A stretch of DNA of 64,000 nt, taken from Squalus acanthias. Taxonomy: Eukaryota. Positions 36,030 through 46,735 of this stretch are shown here, piece after piece. The notes beneath the pieces were generated by a model. That model worked only from the letters and a program-made list of their open reading frames with translations, was not told the origin of the DNA and did not search any database. The first letter of the stretch is position 1. Each line of letters starts with the position of its first letter. The stretch covers positions 137,828,001 through 137,892,000 of the forward strand of contig CM059432.1 in the NCBI GenBank assembly GCA_030390025.1, in the 5' to 3' direction. A program made the translations under genes and the position numbers.

Positions 36030-37019
36030 ACAACAACATCAACTTGTATTTATATAGCACCATTAACGTAGAAAAACGTTCCAAGACACTTCACAGACGT
36101 GTTATAAGACAAGAAATTGACACCAAGCCACATAAGAAATTAGGGCAGGTGACCAAAAGCTTGGTCAAAGAGGTAGGTTTTAAGGAGCGTCTTAAAGGAG
36201 GAATGAGAGGTAGCGAGGTGGAGAGGTTTAGGGAGGGAATTCCAGAGCTTAGGGCCTAGGCAGCTGAAGGCACGGCCACCAATGGTTGAGTGATTATAAT
36301 CAGGGATGCTCAAGAGGGCAGAATTAGAGGAGCGCAGATATCTCAGGGTGTTGTGGGGCTGAAGGAGATTACAGAGATAGGGAGGGGCAAGACCATGGAG
36401 GGATTTGAAAACAAGGATGAGAATTTTGAAATCAAGGCGTTGCTTAACTGGGAGCCAATGTAGGTCAGTGAGCACAGGGGTGATGGGTGAACGGGACTTG
36501 GTGCGAGTTAGGACACGGGCATACGAGTTTTGGATGACCTCAAGTTTATGTAGGGTAGAACGTTGGAGGCCGGCCAGGAGTGCGTTGGAATAGTCAAGTC
36601 TAGAGGTAACAAAGGCATGGATGAGGGTTTCAGCAGCAGATGAGTTGAGGCAGGGGTGGAGACGGGCGATGTTACGGAGGTGTAAATAGGCGGTCTTAGT
36701 GATGGCGCAGATATGTGGTCGGAAGCTCATTTCAGGGTCAAATATGACGCCAAGGTTGCAAACAGTGTGGTTCAGCCTCAGACAGATGCTAGGGAGAGGG
36801 ATGGAGTCGGTGGCTAGGGAACGGAGTTTGTGACAGGGACCGAAAACAATGGCTTCGGTCTTCCCAATACTTAATCGGAGAAAATTTCTGCTCATCCAGT
36901 ACTGGATGTCGGACAAGCAATCTGACAATTTAGAGACAGTGGAGGGGTCGAGAGAAGTGTTGGTGAGGTAGAGCTGGGTGTCGTCAGAGTACATGTGGAA
37001 ACTGAGGCCGTGTTTTCGG
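36030..37019 (-). mobile_element. L2 LINE 3' portion (RT C-terminal half and 3' tail)
   Basis: ORF 36140..36994 (HMYSDDTQLY, IHAFVTSRLDYSN, LHWLPV, FKTLLKTYLF), (TTG)n tail, and AACTT flanking both ends. Confidence 0.95.
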
Positions 37020-37023
37020 AACT

Positions 37024-37042
37024 TGGCCAGCAGGTGGCGCTC
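37024..37042 (+). promoter_or_regulatory. CTCF core motif
   Basis: TGGCCAGCAGGTGGCGCTC fits the CTCF consensus TGGCCASYAGRKGGCRSYN. It lies in unique, locally CpG-rich DNA. Confidence 0.7.
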
Positions 37043-37500
37043 AGAGACGGCGCGACAGCAAGCAAGTTAACTTTACAGATGGCAAATTCGAAGCCACTCC
37101 CACCGTCGACGTGTCATGACTGATAACCCAGATACCGTGTCACCAGCAACAGCTGAAACTCTTTTGCCTCCAGGCACCACTAACTGTAACCAGTGACACT
37201 CTAAGAGGGAACACTATGTCACTTTTACGCACTTAAGACAGGATTTGCTCACTTGACAGTTGACAAAACAATCAGATTTACTCACGAACGCAGGGCAAAA
37301 AGACGGCCAGTATTATTGAACTCGTTAATTGGTCAACTCAAAAGAATGTGGGTTCTGCTGGAGGCCACAGGTTAAAGTGTGTTATAACAAGAACGCACTG
37401 TGCTGTATAAGTAACAGAGTAATATCTGTATTCCAGCATATACCATTATGTTGAGGTAGACTCTGCGATCCAGATTGAGAACATTGTGTATTGTTTTCAG

Positions 37501-37641
37501 ATCGCATAATTGTATTATTGTCAAATGTTGATAAGTTAACCTCAATTTTGCCTGAGGATGCATCTGAGGATAGTCATGTTGTCAGAGCTGATCTTAATGG
37601 ATCTTCAGTGCCCCATCAAGCCAAACTCAGTGTTATTAAAG
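37501..37641 (+). CDS. Candidate 141-bp exon of an unidentified host gene (RIIVLLSNVDKLTSILPEDASEDSHVVRADLNG...)
   Basis: TTGTTTTCAG acceptor and an open protein-like frame in non-repeat DNA. The donor (AAG/GTCAAG) is weak. Confidence 0.3.
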
Positions 37642-37873
37642 GTCAAGCGACAAGTTTGAAGAGAAATTATTCTCACAGAAACTACAGGTTAAAAATACAC
37701 ACACACAATGATTTGTTATTAACACACAAATCAGCATTCTCGACACTCAGTGAAGCAGATAATAAAACTCTGCACTCACACGGCTATCTGATTTCTAGCA
37801 CCTTGTATCCCAGCGTGAGGTCTGAAGGGAGTACATTGCCTCTATTCATAAGCAATATATCTACACTATGAAC

Positions 37874-38210
37874 AGTTGCAGCAACTCGCCAAGGCTTCTT
37901 CGACAGCACCTCCCAAACCCACGACCTCTTCCACCTAGAAGGACAAGGGCAGCAGGCGCATGGGAACACCACCACCTCCAAGTTACCCTCCAGGTCACAC
38001 ACACCAAGCGACTTGGACATATATCGACCGCTCCTTCATCATCGCTGGGTCAAAATCATGGAACTCCCTACCTAACGGCACTGTGGGAGCACCTTCACCA
38101 CACGGACTGCAGCGGTTCAAGAAGGCGGCTCACCACCACCTTCTCAAGGGCAACTGGGGATGAGCAATAAATGCCTTGCCAGTGATGCCCACATCCTGAG
38201 AATGAATACA
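37874..38210 (+). mobile_element. 3' fragment of the non-LTR retrotransposon family at 56180-61010
   Basis: Near-identical to 60665-61000 (..LRQHLPNPRPLPPRRTRAAGAWEH..; GCAATAAATGC tail). Confidence 0.85.
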
Positions 38211-38748
38211 ATATTCATCCATGTAAAGGTCAGACTTCCCTGTTGGTGTTTTCAGTATCTTTACCAATCCCCTCAGGCGGCAAATATGTCTTCCTTCAGG
38301 TTCACGAATGAGCATCTGTGCTCAGGGTTTACATTTCTGAATAGAGTTGGTCATCGCTCTTTTAGTTTTCCGTCTTGGTTCTAGCTGTGCAGTTTTCAAG
38401 ATCAGAGCTCTGGTGATGAGCCATCCCACTCCACTGCCATAACTATTCCCCGGGCGGGGAATTGCAAAATTCAGGCCCAAACTCATCGGGATGAAGTGCA
38501 TAGGCACCTCAAATTTAGAATCAATCAGACAAGTTCCTACGTTACAACAGTGACTACACGTCAGAAAGTACTTCATTTGGCTGTAAAGTGCTTTGGGATG
38601 TCCTGAGATCATGAAACCCGTTATATGACTGCAAGTTCTTTCTTTAAGTGTCTCAGTTATTTTGGTAATGATTTGAAAGCCAAACCCTCCACTTTTAAAT
38701 CTTTGTAGTATCTTTCATTTTTCTAGTAGTCTTCTATTAACTGCACAG

Positions 38749-38852
38749 GGCAAAAGCTGTCCATTCTGTCAAATTAGTGCAAGCAGCTCCTAGTCTCTGT
38801 ATACAGCATCTACATAACATCTCTCCAATATACGAGTGTGGGGTTGTGAGAT
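38749..38852 (+). CDS. Candidate exon (AKAVHSVKLVQAAPSLCIQHLHNISPIYECGVVR)
   Basis: TTAAC..CACAG acceptor, GTAAGT donor and an open frame. No homology recognised. Confidence 0.2.
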
Positions 38853-38899
38853 GTAAGTAAGGGGGCGCCACTCGCAAGTAAATTGCAACAAGTACAAGG

Positions 38900-39240
38900 G
38901 TACAGCTATCAGGAAAGATTGAACAGGCGAGGGCTATTTTCTCTAGAAAAGAGAAGCCGAGGGGTGACCTGGTAAAGGTCTTTAAAATTATTAAGGGGTT
39001 TGATAGGGTAGACATAGAGAAGATGTTTCCACTTGTGGGGGAGACCAAGACTAGGAGCCGTAGATATAAGACAGTCACTAATAAATCCAATAAGGAATTC
39101 AGGAGAAATTTCTTTACCCAGAAAGTGGTGAGAATGTGGAACTCGCTACCACAAGGAGTAGTGGAGGCGAATAGTATAGATGCATTTAAGGGGAAGCTAG
39201 ATGAGTACATGAGGGAGAAAGGAATAGAAGGTTATGTTGA
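38900..39240 (+). mobile_element. CR1 LINE C-terminal fragment
   Basis: MFPLVGETKTR..FFTQKVVRMWNSLPQGVVEA motif. Confidence 0.85.
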
Positions 39241-39365
39241 TCTTTCATCAGAGGAAGAAGTTAGAGATTTAACAGTTTTTAATCAAGTACAGAGCCAGGA
39301 AAAGTGTGTTTAATCTCATCAGTTCATTTGTGGGTTGCTGAAAGTAGTTACTAGTTCTACTAGAC

Positions 39366-40389
39366 CAGGGGTGTCCAACTCCTTTTCTATGGTGGGCCTG
39401 ATCCTAAATATCCTGGCACTTGGCGTGGGCCACATTCAGCGAAAGGTATTTGGACACACTGGAGTAGAAACTAGTATTTGTTTCGCCTGCTTTTTTGGGC
39501 GTAAAACAGGTGCAAAGTCAAACAATTTCTGGGCCCAAGGTCCTGCACCGAAACTGCGATATTGGGCCTCACTGTTTTTAGGCATAAAACAGCATTGGAT
39601 CAATTTAAATCTGCAAGGAAGGGTCCTGTTGTTTCAGGAACCTCCTGCAAAACACGTGGAAAAACTAGGTAACATAGAAACTAGGAGCAGGAGTAGGCCA
39701 TTTGGCCCGTCGAGCCTGCTCCACCATTCAATACGATCATGGCTGATCATCCAAATCCAGCACCCTGTCCCTGCCCCCTCACACAGAATTCCCATCGACC
39801 TGCACCGACACATATCCCACCCTATCCCCACGTATTTAATTCCCCCTAACATATCCCATCCTATCCCCATAACACTAAGGGTCAATTTATCACAGCCAAA
39901 TCAACCTAACCCGCACAGTTTTGGACTGTGGGAGGAAACCGGAGCACCCGGAGGAAACCCACGCAGACACGGGGAGAATGTGCAAACTCCACACAGACAG
40001 TCACCTGAGGCCAGATTCGAACCCGGGTCCCTGGCGCTGTGAGGCACCAGTGCTAACCACTATGCCACCGTGTTGCCGTAGGTAGAGCATTTCTTTAATT
40101 TAAAAGGAGCACCGGCAAAATGCAGTGGGTGGGAGATAGTTACAAATGATGTGCGTAAAATCAATGGCCGTCACTTACAGCGGTGCGGTCTCCAGGCAGG
40201 ATTGACGGGGAAATTACCCAATCATCTCCACTCTGGCCGGGAATAGTGGTGTTACTGTATGCAGCCTTTCCTTAATTTAAAAGGCACAGTTCTCCCGTTC
40301 TGTACGTGGCAGCGGCCGTGAGATTTGTTTCCTATTCTGGTAGGCTCTGTAACCTTACGTGCAGGGCAACTGTATGTTTGACATCCCTG
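39366..40389. mobile_element. Non-autonomous hAT (Charlie/Buster-type) element carrying nested inserts
   Basis: TIRs CAGGGGTGTCCAAC / GTTTGACATCCCTG and a perfect 8-bp TSD TACTAGAC (39358-39365, 40390-40397). Confidence 0.85.
39670..40077 (-). mobile_element. HE1-like V-SINE (tRNA head, V domain, CR1-derived tail)
   Basis: Minus-strand head GGCAACACGGTGGCATAGTGGTTAGCAC...GGTTCGAA, V-domain GTCTGCGTGGGTTTCCTCCGGGTGCTCCGG, and a CR1-type 3' end. TAGGTA occurs at both sides. Confidence 0.85.
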
Positions 40390-40409
40390 TACTAGACAGT
40401 TTTTTTCTA

Positions 40410-41710
40410 ATGGCTTCAATAAAGGGAAATCATGCTTGACAAATCTTCTGGAATTTTTTGAGGATGTTTCCAATAGGGTGGACCGGGGGGGAACCAGTAG
40501 ATGTGGTGTATTTGGACTTTCAGAAGGCCTTCGACAAGGTCCCACACAAGAGATTGGTGTGCAAAGTTAAAGCACATGGGATTGGGGGTAATGTGTTGAC
40601 GTGGATTGAGAACTGGTTGGCACACAGGAAACAAAGAGTAGGAGTAAATGGGTACTTTTCAGAATGGCAGGCAGTGACCAGCGGGGTACCGCAAGGTTCG
40701 GTGCTGGGGCCCCAGCTGTTTACATTATATGTTAATGATTTGGACGAAGGGATTAATTGTAATATCTCCAAATTTGCGGATGACACTAAATTGGGAGGCA
40801 GTGTGAACAATGAGGAGGATGCTAGGAGGCTACAGAGTGACTTGGACAGGTTGGGTGAATGGGCAAATGTATGGCAGATGAAGTACAATGTGGATAAATG
40901 TGAGGTTATCCACTTTGGTGGTAAAAATAGAGAGGCGGACTATTACCTGAATGGTGGCAGATTAGGGAAAGGGGAGGTGCAACGAGACCTGGGCGTCATG
41001 GTACATCAGTCACTGAAGGTGGGAAGGCAAGTGCAGCAGGCAGTCAAGAAAGCAAATGGCATGATGGCCTTCATAGCAAGGGGATTTGAGTACAGGAGTA
41101 GGGAGGTGATGCTACAGTTGTACAGGGCCTTGGTGAGGCCACACCTGGAGTATTGTGTGCAGTTTTGGTCTCCTAACTTGAGGAAGGACATTCTTGCTAT
41201 TGAGGGAGTGCAACGAAGGTTCACTAGATTGATTCCTGGGATGGCCAGACTGACATATCAAGAAAGACTGGATCAACTGAACTTGTATCCTCTGGAGTTC
41301 AGAAGAATGAGGGGGGATCTTATAGAGACGTTTAAAATCCTGACTGGTTTAGACAAATTAGATGCGGGCAGAATGTTTCCAATGTTAGGGAAAACTAAAA
41401 CCAGGGGTCACAGTCTAAGGATAAAGGGGAAGCCATTTAAGACTGAGATGAGGAGGAACTTCTTCACCCAGAGAGTGGTGAATCTGTGGAATTCTCTACC
41501 ACAGAAGGTTGTTGAGGCCAGTTCGCTAAATATATTCAAAAGGGAGTTAGATATAATACTCACAACTAGGGGGATCAAGGGGTATGGCGAGAAAGCAGGA
41601 ATGGGGTACTGAGGTAGCATGTTCAGCCATGAACGCATTAAATGGCGGTGCAGGCTCGAAGGACCGAATGGTCTACTCCTGCACCTATTTTCTATGTTTC
41701 TATGTTTCTA
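40410..41710 (+). mobile_element. CR1 LINE, 5'-truncated RT copy
   Basis: ORF 40458..41612 with RT motifs, a frameshift in a G-run near 40485, and a (TTTCTATG)n tail. Confidence 0.95.
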
Positions 41711-41780
41711 TAAAGCATTAGAACCCATTCTCATCAGGAAATGGACAAACCTTGTACTCAATCTTAAAAGTTCCTTTGTG

Positions 41781-41900
41781 AGTACGGGGAAAGAGCGGGG
41801 GAGTGGGACTAACTGGATTGCTCTTTGAAAGAGCCGGCACAGACTCGATGGACTGAATGGCCTCCTTCTGTGATGTACTATTCTATGATACTGTGATTCT
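41781..41900 (+). mobile_element. CR1 3' UTR fragment
   Basis: Same tail as 44545-44660. Confidence 0.75.
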
Positions 41901-43252
41901 AAGGGTTGTCTTATGAAGAAAGGTTGAGCAGGTTGGGCCTATACTCATTGGAGTTTAGAAGAATGAGAGGTGATTTATTGAAACATATAGGGGGAAAAAT
42001 TCAGTTGGTTGCGCCTCCCGTTAGCGCCTTAAGAGGGCGCTAATGGGGCGCAAAGCAACTAGTGCCCGGGCTCGGCGACGTTTGCACCGCTCGCGAAATT
42101 AACTAAACATTTTGCGGCGGCGTTAAACACTACCGCCACGATCTCCTGCGCCGGCAGATCGTGATGTCAGTTGAGTGCGCAACGCCCCGGTAGCGCCCCG
42201 GAGTGGATATTGAGTGGCGCCCCCTGCCTTACCGCCTGCAACGACAGGTTGAGTGGAGCATTTTGCAGTCAGGAAGGGACTGGGGGAGCGCTATTTAAAG
42301 GCGAACGCTTCCTGCCTTTTTTTGTTGGTGACATTTTTGCACCATGCATTCTGAGAGAGAGAGAGACTTCTGGAGAGATTCAACGCTGTATGAAGGAGTT
42401 TTGGGTACTGAGCAGCACTTTGTAGGTTCATTTTGATTTGCCCTTCCTTGCATCTATTTAGAAGAGACTGTGGGGGCTGCACTCTGAGCTCTTTCCCTGG
42501 TTCTCTCCATTGTTCTTTCCAGCAGATTTGATGTACAGGTCTCTCCAGGCCGAGATTCAAGGCTGCAATGAGCAGGATGTGGATGGAGAGCAAGATCAAC
42601 CCTCCCCTTTAAGAACTGGCCGGCGCCATTGTGTCTCTGTTCCATTGCTGACTGACATCACATGAGCTTCGCCAGCGCTCTGAGGTAGCGCCTCGCTCCT
42701 CGGCCTTTGCGCCTTAAGACAGGTGTGAAGCGCCTGATTTAGCGCTCCAATCACCTCCAGGGGCGATAAAAGCCAAGTTTGCAGTCGGAGGCGATAATTA
42801 GCGCCAGGCGCTAATCTTTGCGCCCGGCCGATAATTGCGCCCCAAATGGGGCGATACTGAATTTTTCCCCCATAGATTCTGAAGGGGCTTGACAGGGTAG
42901 ATTCAGAGAGGATGTTTCCCCTCATGCGGGAATCGAGAACTGGGGGGCATAATTTCAGAATAAGGGGGCACCCTTTTAAATCGAAAATGAGAAGGAATTT
43001 CTTTCCTCAGAGGGTCGTGAATCTTTGGAATGCTCTTCCCCAGAGAGCTGTGGAGGCTGGGTCATTGAATATATTTAAGGTGGAGATAGACAAATTTTTG
43101 AACGATAAGGGAGTCAAGGGTTATGGGGAGCGGGCAGGGAAGTGGAGTTGAGGCCAAGATCAGATCAGCCATGATCTTATTGAATGGCGGAGCAGGCTCA
43201 AGGGGCCAAATGACCTACTCCTGCTCCTACGTCTTATGTTCTTATGTTCTAT
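41901..43252 (+). mobile_element. CR1 3' portion split by a MITE
   Basis: SYEERL..LYSLEFRRMR at 41905-41989 continues at 42872 (ILKGLDRVD..) to a (TTCTTATG)n tail. Confidence 0.9.
41990..42871. mobile_element. CpG-rich MITE, PIF/Harbinger-like
   Basis: Perfect 16-bp TIR GGGGGAAAAATTCAGT / ACTGAATTTTTCCCCC, with ATA on both sides and no coding capacity. Confidence 0.8.
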
Positions 43253-43596
43253 GTCATATGTTGTGTGGTGGCATTCCTTAGCTCATTAATTACAGCTAGA
43301 AATTCCTGCATTTATCCCATGGGCAATGTCATACACTGACTATGACATTGTCCTTGGGGTAAATGTAATACATGGAGAAATTTATAGCCAGAAGAGGGTT
43401 ACGTAAAGTATTGTGAAAAGGATGACACAGTGCTGGATGGACTGCTCTTTTTTTTCCAATAGCTTTAATTAAATCAGAAAATAGCCATCCCATAAAATTA
43501 AATATAAAATGATTTAGTATCTCCGATTAATTTAGAATTACAACTTGGCACATTATGACAAAATAAATAAACAATTAAAGAACTGGTGGTGTCAGA

Positions 43597-43985
43597 TTCA
43601 TTTTTTAAATTCATCTTTGGGATGTGGGCAAGATCTCATTGATTGTCCACTCTTTGGTTGCACTTGAGACGGTGGTGGTGGGCCTTCTTCTTGAACCACT
43701 GCAGATAGTGGTTTGATACAACTGAGGTCAAATAACACCATGGCAGTTTTGAGAATTTGAATTCAGTTTTGAACAAAATCTGGAGAAAAAAAAGCTGGTT
43801 ATCAGTAAAAGTGACCATGAAGCTGTCAGATTGTCGTAAAAACCCAACTGGTTCACTAACGTCCTCTCGGGAAGGAAACCTGCCGTCCTTACCCCGGCCT
43901 GTGCCTATATGTAACTCCAGTCCCACACCAATGCGGTTGACTGTTAACTGCCCTCTGAAGTGGCCCAGCAAGACACTCAGTTGCA
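43597..43985. mobile_element. Fragments related to the 56180-61010 retroelement: 3' end on minus (~43597-43705) and 5'-region-like or SINE segment on plus (~43710-43985)
   Basis: QWFKKKAHHH motif on minus. ACTCCAG.CCCACA..AATG.GGTTGACT..CTGAA.TGG.C.AGCAAG.CACTCAGTTG is shared with 56185-56245. Confidence 0.6.
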
Positions 43986-44099
43986 GAAAACCGCTGCGAA
44001 AAAGAATAAAATTGTATGGCTACTTGGATGGCTGTGGATCTATAGCAAAACATATCTCAGTGCCTTCAAAAGAGTCAGGGAGAAAACATCAAAAAAGGG

Positions 44100-44660
44100 A
44101 AAAGTAGTTATAAAACACTGGTTAGGCCTCAGCTGGAGTATTGTGTTCAATTCTGGGCACCATACTTTAGGAAGGATGTCAAGGCCTTAAAGAGGGTGCA
44201 GAAGAGATTTACTAGAATGGTACCAGGGATGAGGGACTTCAGTTATGTGGAGAGACTGGAGGAGCTGGGGTTGTTCTCCTTAGAGCAGACAAGGTGTTCA
44301 AAATCATGAACAGTTTTGATGGAATAAATAAGAAGAATTGTTTCCAGTGGCAGAAGGGTTGGTAACGAAAGGACACAGATTTAAGGTAATTGGCAAAAGA
44401 ACCAGAGGCGACATGAAGAAACATTTCTTTACACAATGAGTTGTTGTGATCTGGAACGCGCTGCCTGAAAGGGTGATGGAAGCAGATTCAACAGTAACTT
44501 TCAAAAGGGAATTGGATAAATACTTGAAGGGAAAAAGCTTACAGGGCTACGGGGAAAGAGTGGGGGAGTGGGACTAATTGGATAGCTCTTTCAAAGAGCC
44601 GGCACAGGCACGATGGGCTGAATGGCCTCCTTCTGTGCTCTATCATTCTATAATTCTATG
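44100..44660 (+). mobile_element. CR1 3' portion, degraded
   Basis: LVRPQLEYCVQFW.. region, C-terminus and (ATTCTAT)n tail. Confidence 0.9.
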
Positions 44661-44939
44661 ACGATGAGGAAGGGATGAATGTAGAAGATGTCATTCACAA
44701 GGGGAAATCATCCTCCTATACCTCAGGACTGCCTGGTCAGGGAAACCTTTAAGGATATTGGTATTTGGGAAGTGTCCTTGAGAACCAAGAGCGATATTAT
44801 TTGAGATCTCGGAGAGAGATGAAATTCTCAATGATAAAGATTCATTTGCTGTCCGTATTGCTTATATAAAAGTGAAAATTATAGTACAGAGCAATTGAAA
44901 AAAAAAGTAATAAAAAAGATAAAAGAATGACTGCAAAAT

Positions 44940-45190
44940 AAAACTTCTTTACCCAGAGAGTGGTTAGAATGTGGAACTCGCTACCACAGGGAGTGGTTGA
45001 GGCGAATAGTATAGATGCATTTTAGGGGAAGCTAGATAAACACATGAGGGAAAAAGAAATAGAAGGATATGCTGAGAGGGCAAGAAGAAGAAGGGTGGGA
45101 GGAGGCTGGTGTGGAGCATAAACACTGGCATAGACCTGTTGGGCCGAATGGCCTGTTTCTGTGCCATAAATTCGATGTAATTCTATGTAA
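44940..45190 (+). mobile_element. CR1 3' end fragment
   Basis: FFTQRVVRMWNSLP motif and tail. Confidence 0.85.
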
Positions 45191-45537
45191 AATAGAAGAT
45201 TATGGATGGGTGAATGAGGACAAGGGACTTCCCATGAAAACAAATGGAAATGAGTGCAAGAAGGCGACGGACCAAATCTAGCCAGAAAATTAAAAAATAA
45301 AAAGCGGCACTTTTCTTACTGGCTTAAACAAGTAGCTTAACTATGACTGATTCACTGAAGTTCAAAATTCTGCGGGAATCTACCGAAAAGCAATTAGTTT
45401 AAAGGCTGTAATTTAACCCAGTCACGGGGCTCGATTCATTTTTAAAGTGGTTTCAGCTGCCATCTTTTTCCCGAACCATCTGCATCTGCAGCCAGGTCGA
45501 GAACATTCCTAACATTGCGAAACATGTAATTCCTGAG

Positions 45538-45830
45538 CCTGGCCAAGGTGGCCATACACAGGTCCAGGCAGCGCGTGGTCGAGGGGGTTGTGCGGTCCGA
45601 CTGCCTGCCCCTCTTCCGCGGCTATGCCCACACCCGGGTGTCCCTGAAGAGGGAGCACGCAGTGTCCGTCGGTACGCTTGAGGCCTTCCTTGACCGGTGG
45701 GCACTGCAGGGTATGGAACGCGTAGTTGACACAGGCAACAACATTTCAATTTGATTTGATGAAGTTTCCTTTTGTTTTAATTATAACGTTAAGTTTATTG
45801 TTCGTCCCCCTTTGAAAAGCGGGCACTTTT
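45538..45830 (+). mobile_element. Tx1/L1-clade LINE 3' end fragment
   Basis: LAKVAIHRSRQ..LFRGY..RVSL..FLDRW resembles the Tx1-type ORF2 C-terminus and is followed by a T-rich 3' UTR. Confidence 0.65.
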
Positions 45831-46321
45831 GATAATTTGATTTTGACTGATGACAATGTCACCCTAATTGGCATTTTATAAGAGTTAGAAAGATGTAATT
45901 AAATAATTTGCACTAAAATCATTACACTTACCCATCAAATTAATCATTTAATCTAAGGAGTCCTTGCAAGAAGTCAAGCCAACCCTCTATTTCTGCTGCT
46001 TCAGACTTGCAGTTCACTTGAACTTTGGGTGCTGGGGATCGCTAGCTCCTATGGACATATTCTTTGCATGTGAAAGAGAGAGAGATGTATTGTGGAAATT
46101 GTAGTTCACACTGCTGCTGTGGAACTACAATCCAGAGTGCATCACAACAACCTGTGTTATTTGACAATCATGCAGGAAATTTATAAATTACAATGAGGAC
46201 ATTTTTTTTTAATAGTCCATTATACAGTTTAAGACATTAAATAAAAAATCTGAGCTAAAGGTATTGTTTGGTATGAGGTTTTTTGTGGATGTGTGACCCT
46301 GAGCGGATTGGTGTTCACATT

Positions 46322-46735
46322 GGTCTGCTGCCCGTATCCTAACTCGCACCAAGTCCCATTCACCCATCACCCCTGTGCTCACTGACCTACACTGGGTCCC
46401 GGTCTGGCAACACCTCGATCTTAAAATTCTCATCCATGTTTTCAAATCCCTCCATGGCCTCGCCCCCTCCCTATCACTGTAACCTCCTCCAGCCCGACAA
46501 CCCTCCGAGATCTTTGCGTTCCTCCAATTCTGGCCTCTTGTGCATCCCCAATTTCCTTCGCTCCCTATTGGCGGCCGTGCCTTCAGCTACCTAGGCCCTA
46601 AGCTCTGGAATTCCCTCCCTAAACCTCTCCGTCTCGCTACCTCTCTCTCCTCCTTTAAGTTGCTCCTTAAAACCTACCTCTTTGACCAAACTTTTGGTCA
46701 CCTGTTCTAATGTGGCTCGATGTCAAATTTTGTCT
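46322..46735 (+). mobile_element. L2 3' fragment
   Basis: Colinear with the L2 at 36030-37019. Confidence 0.9.

Larger units (their letters stand above)
2682..36030 (+). repeat. 23-bp tandem satellite array (TACAGCAATACAGCTCCCCAAC[T/C])n, ~24 kb of satellite interrupted by four CR1 copies
   Basis: Directly visible 23-bp periodicity. The unit contains TACAGC twice. Main variants are CTT/CCT, with 20-22-bp deletion units and recurrent variant blocks. Confidence 0.99.

Noticed and set aside
2682..36030. CRISPR array, or an RT-plus-repeat prokaryotic system (retron, DGR, DRT)
   Set aside because: No unique spacers and no cas or bacterial genes. The RTs are clearly CR1-clade LINE ORF2 in a vertebrate repeat context.
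2682..36030. Telomeric array (CCCCAA/TTGGGG within the unit)
   Set aside because: Only one ciliate-like hexamer per 23 bp, no TTAGGG, and unique DNA continues on both sides.
23237..37019. Satellite synthesised telomerase-style by the adjacent CR1 or L2 RT
   Set aside because: Neither element contains a template for the 23-mer (tails are TTCTTATG and TTG). TSD and empty-site evidence shows both inserted into a pre-existing repeat.
38860..38880. Second CTCF-like string (AGTAAGGGGGCGCC)
   Set aside because: Lacks the CC..AG 5' half of the core.
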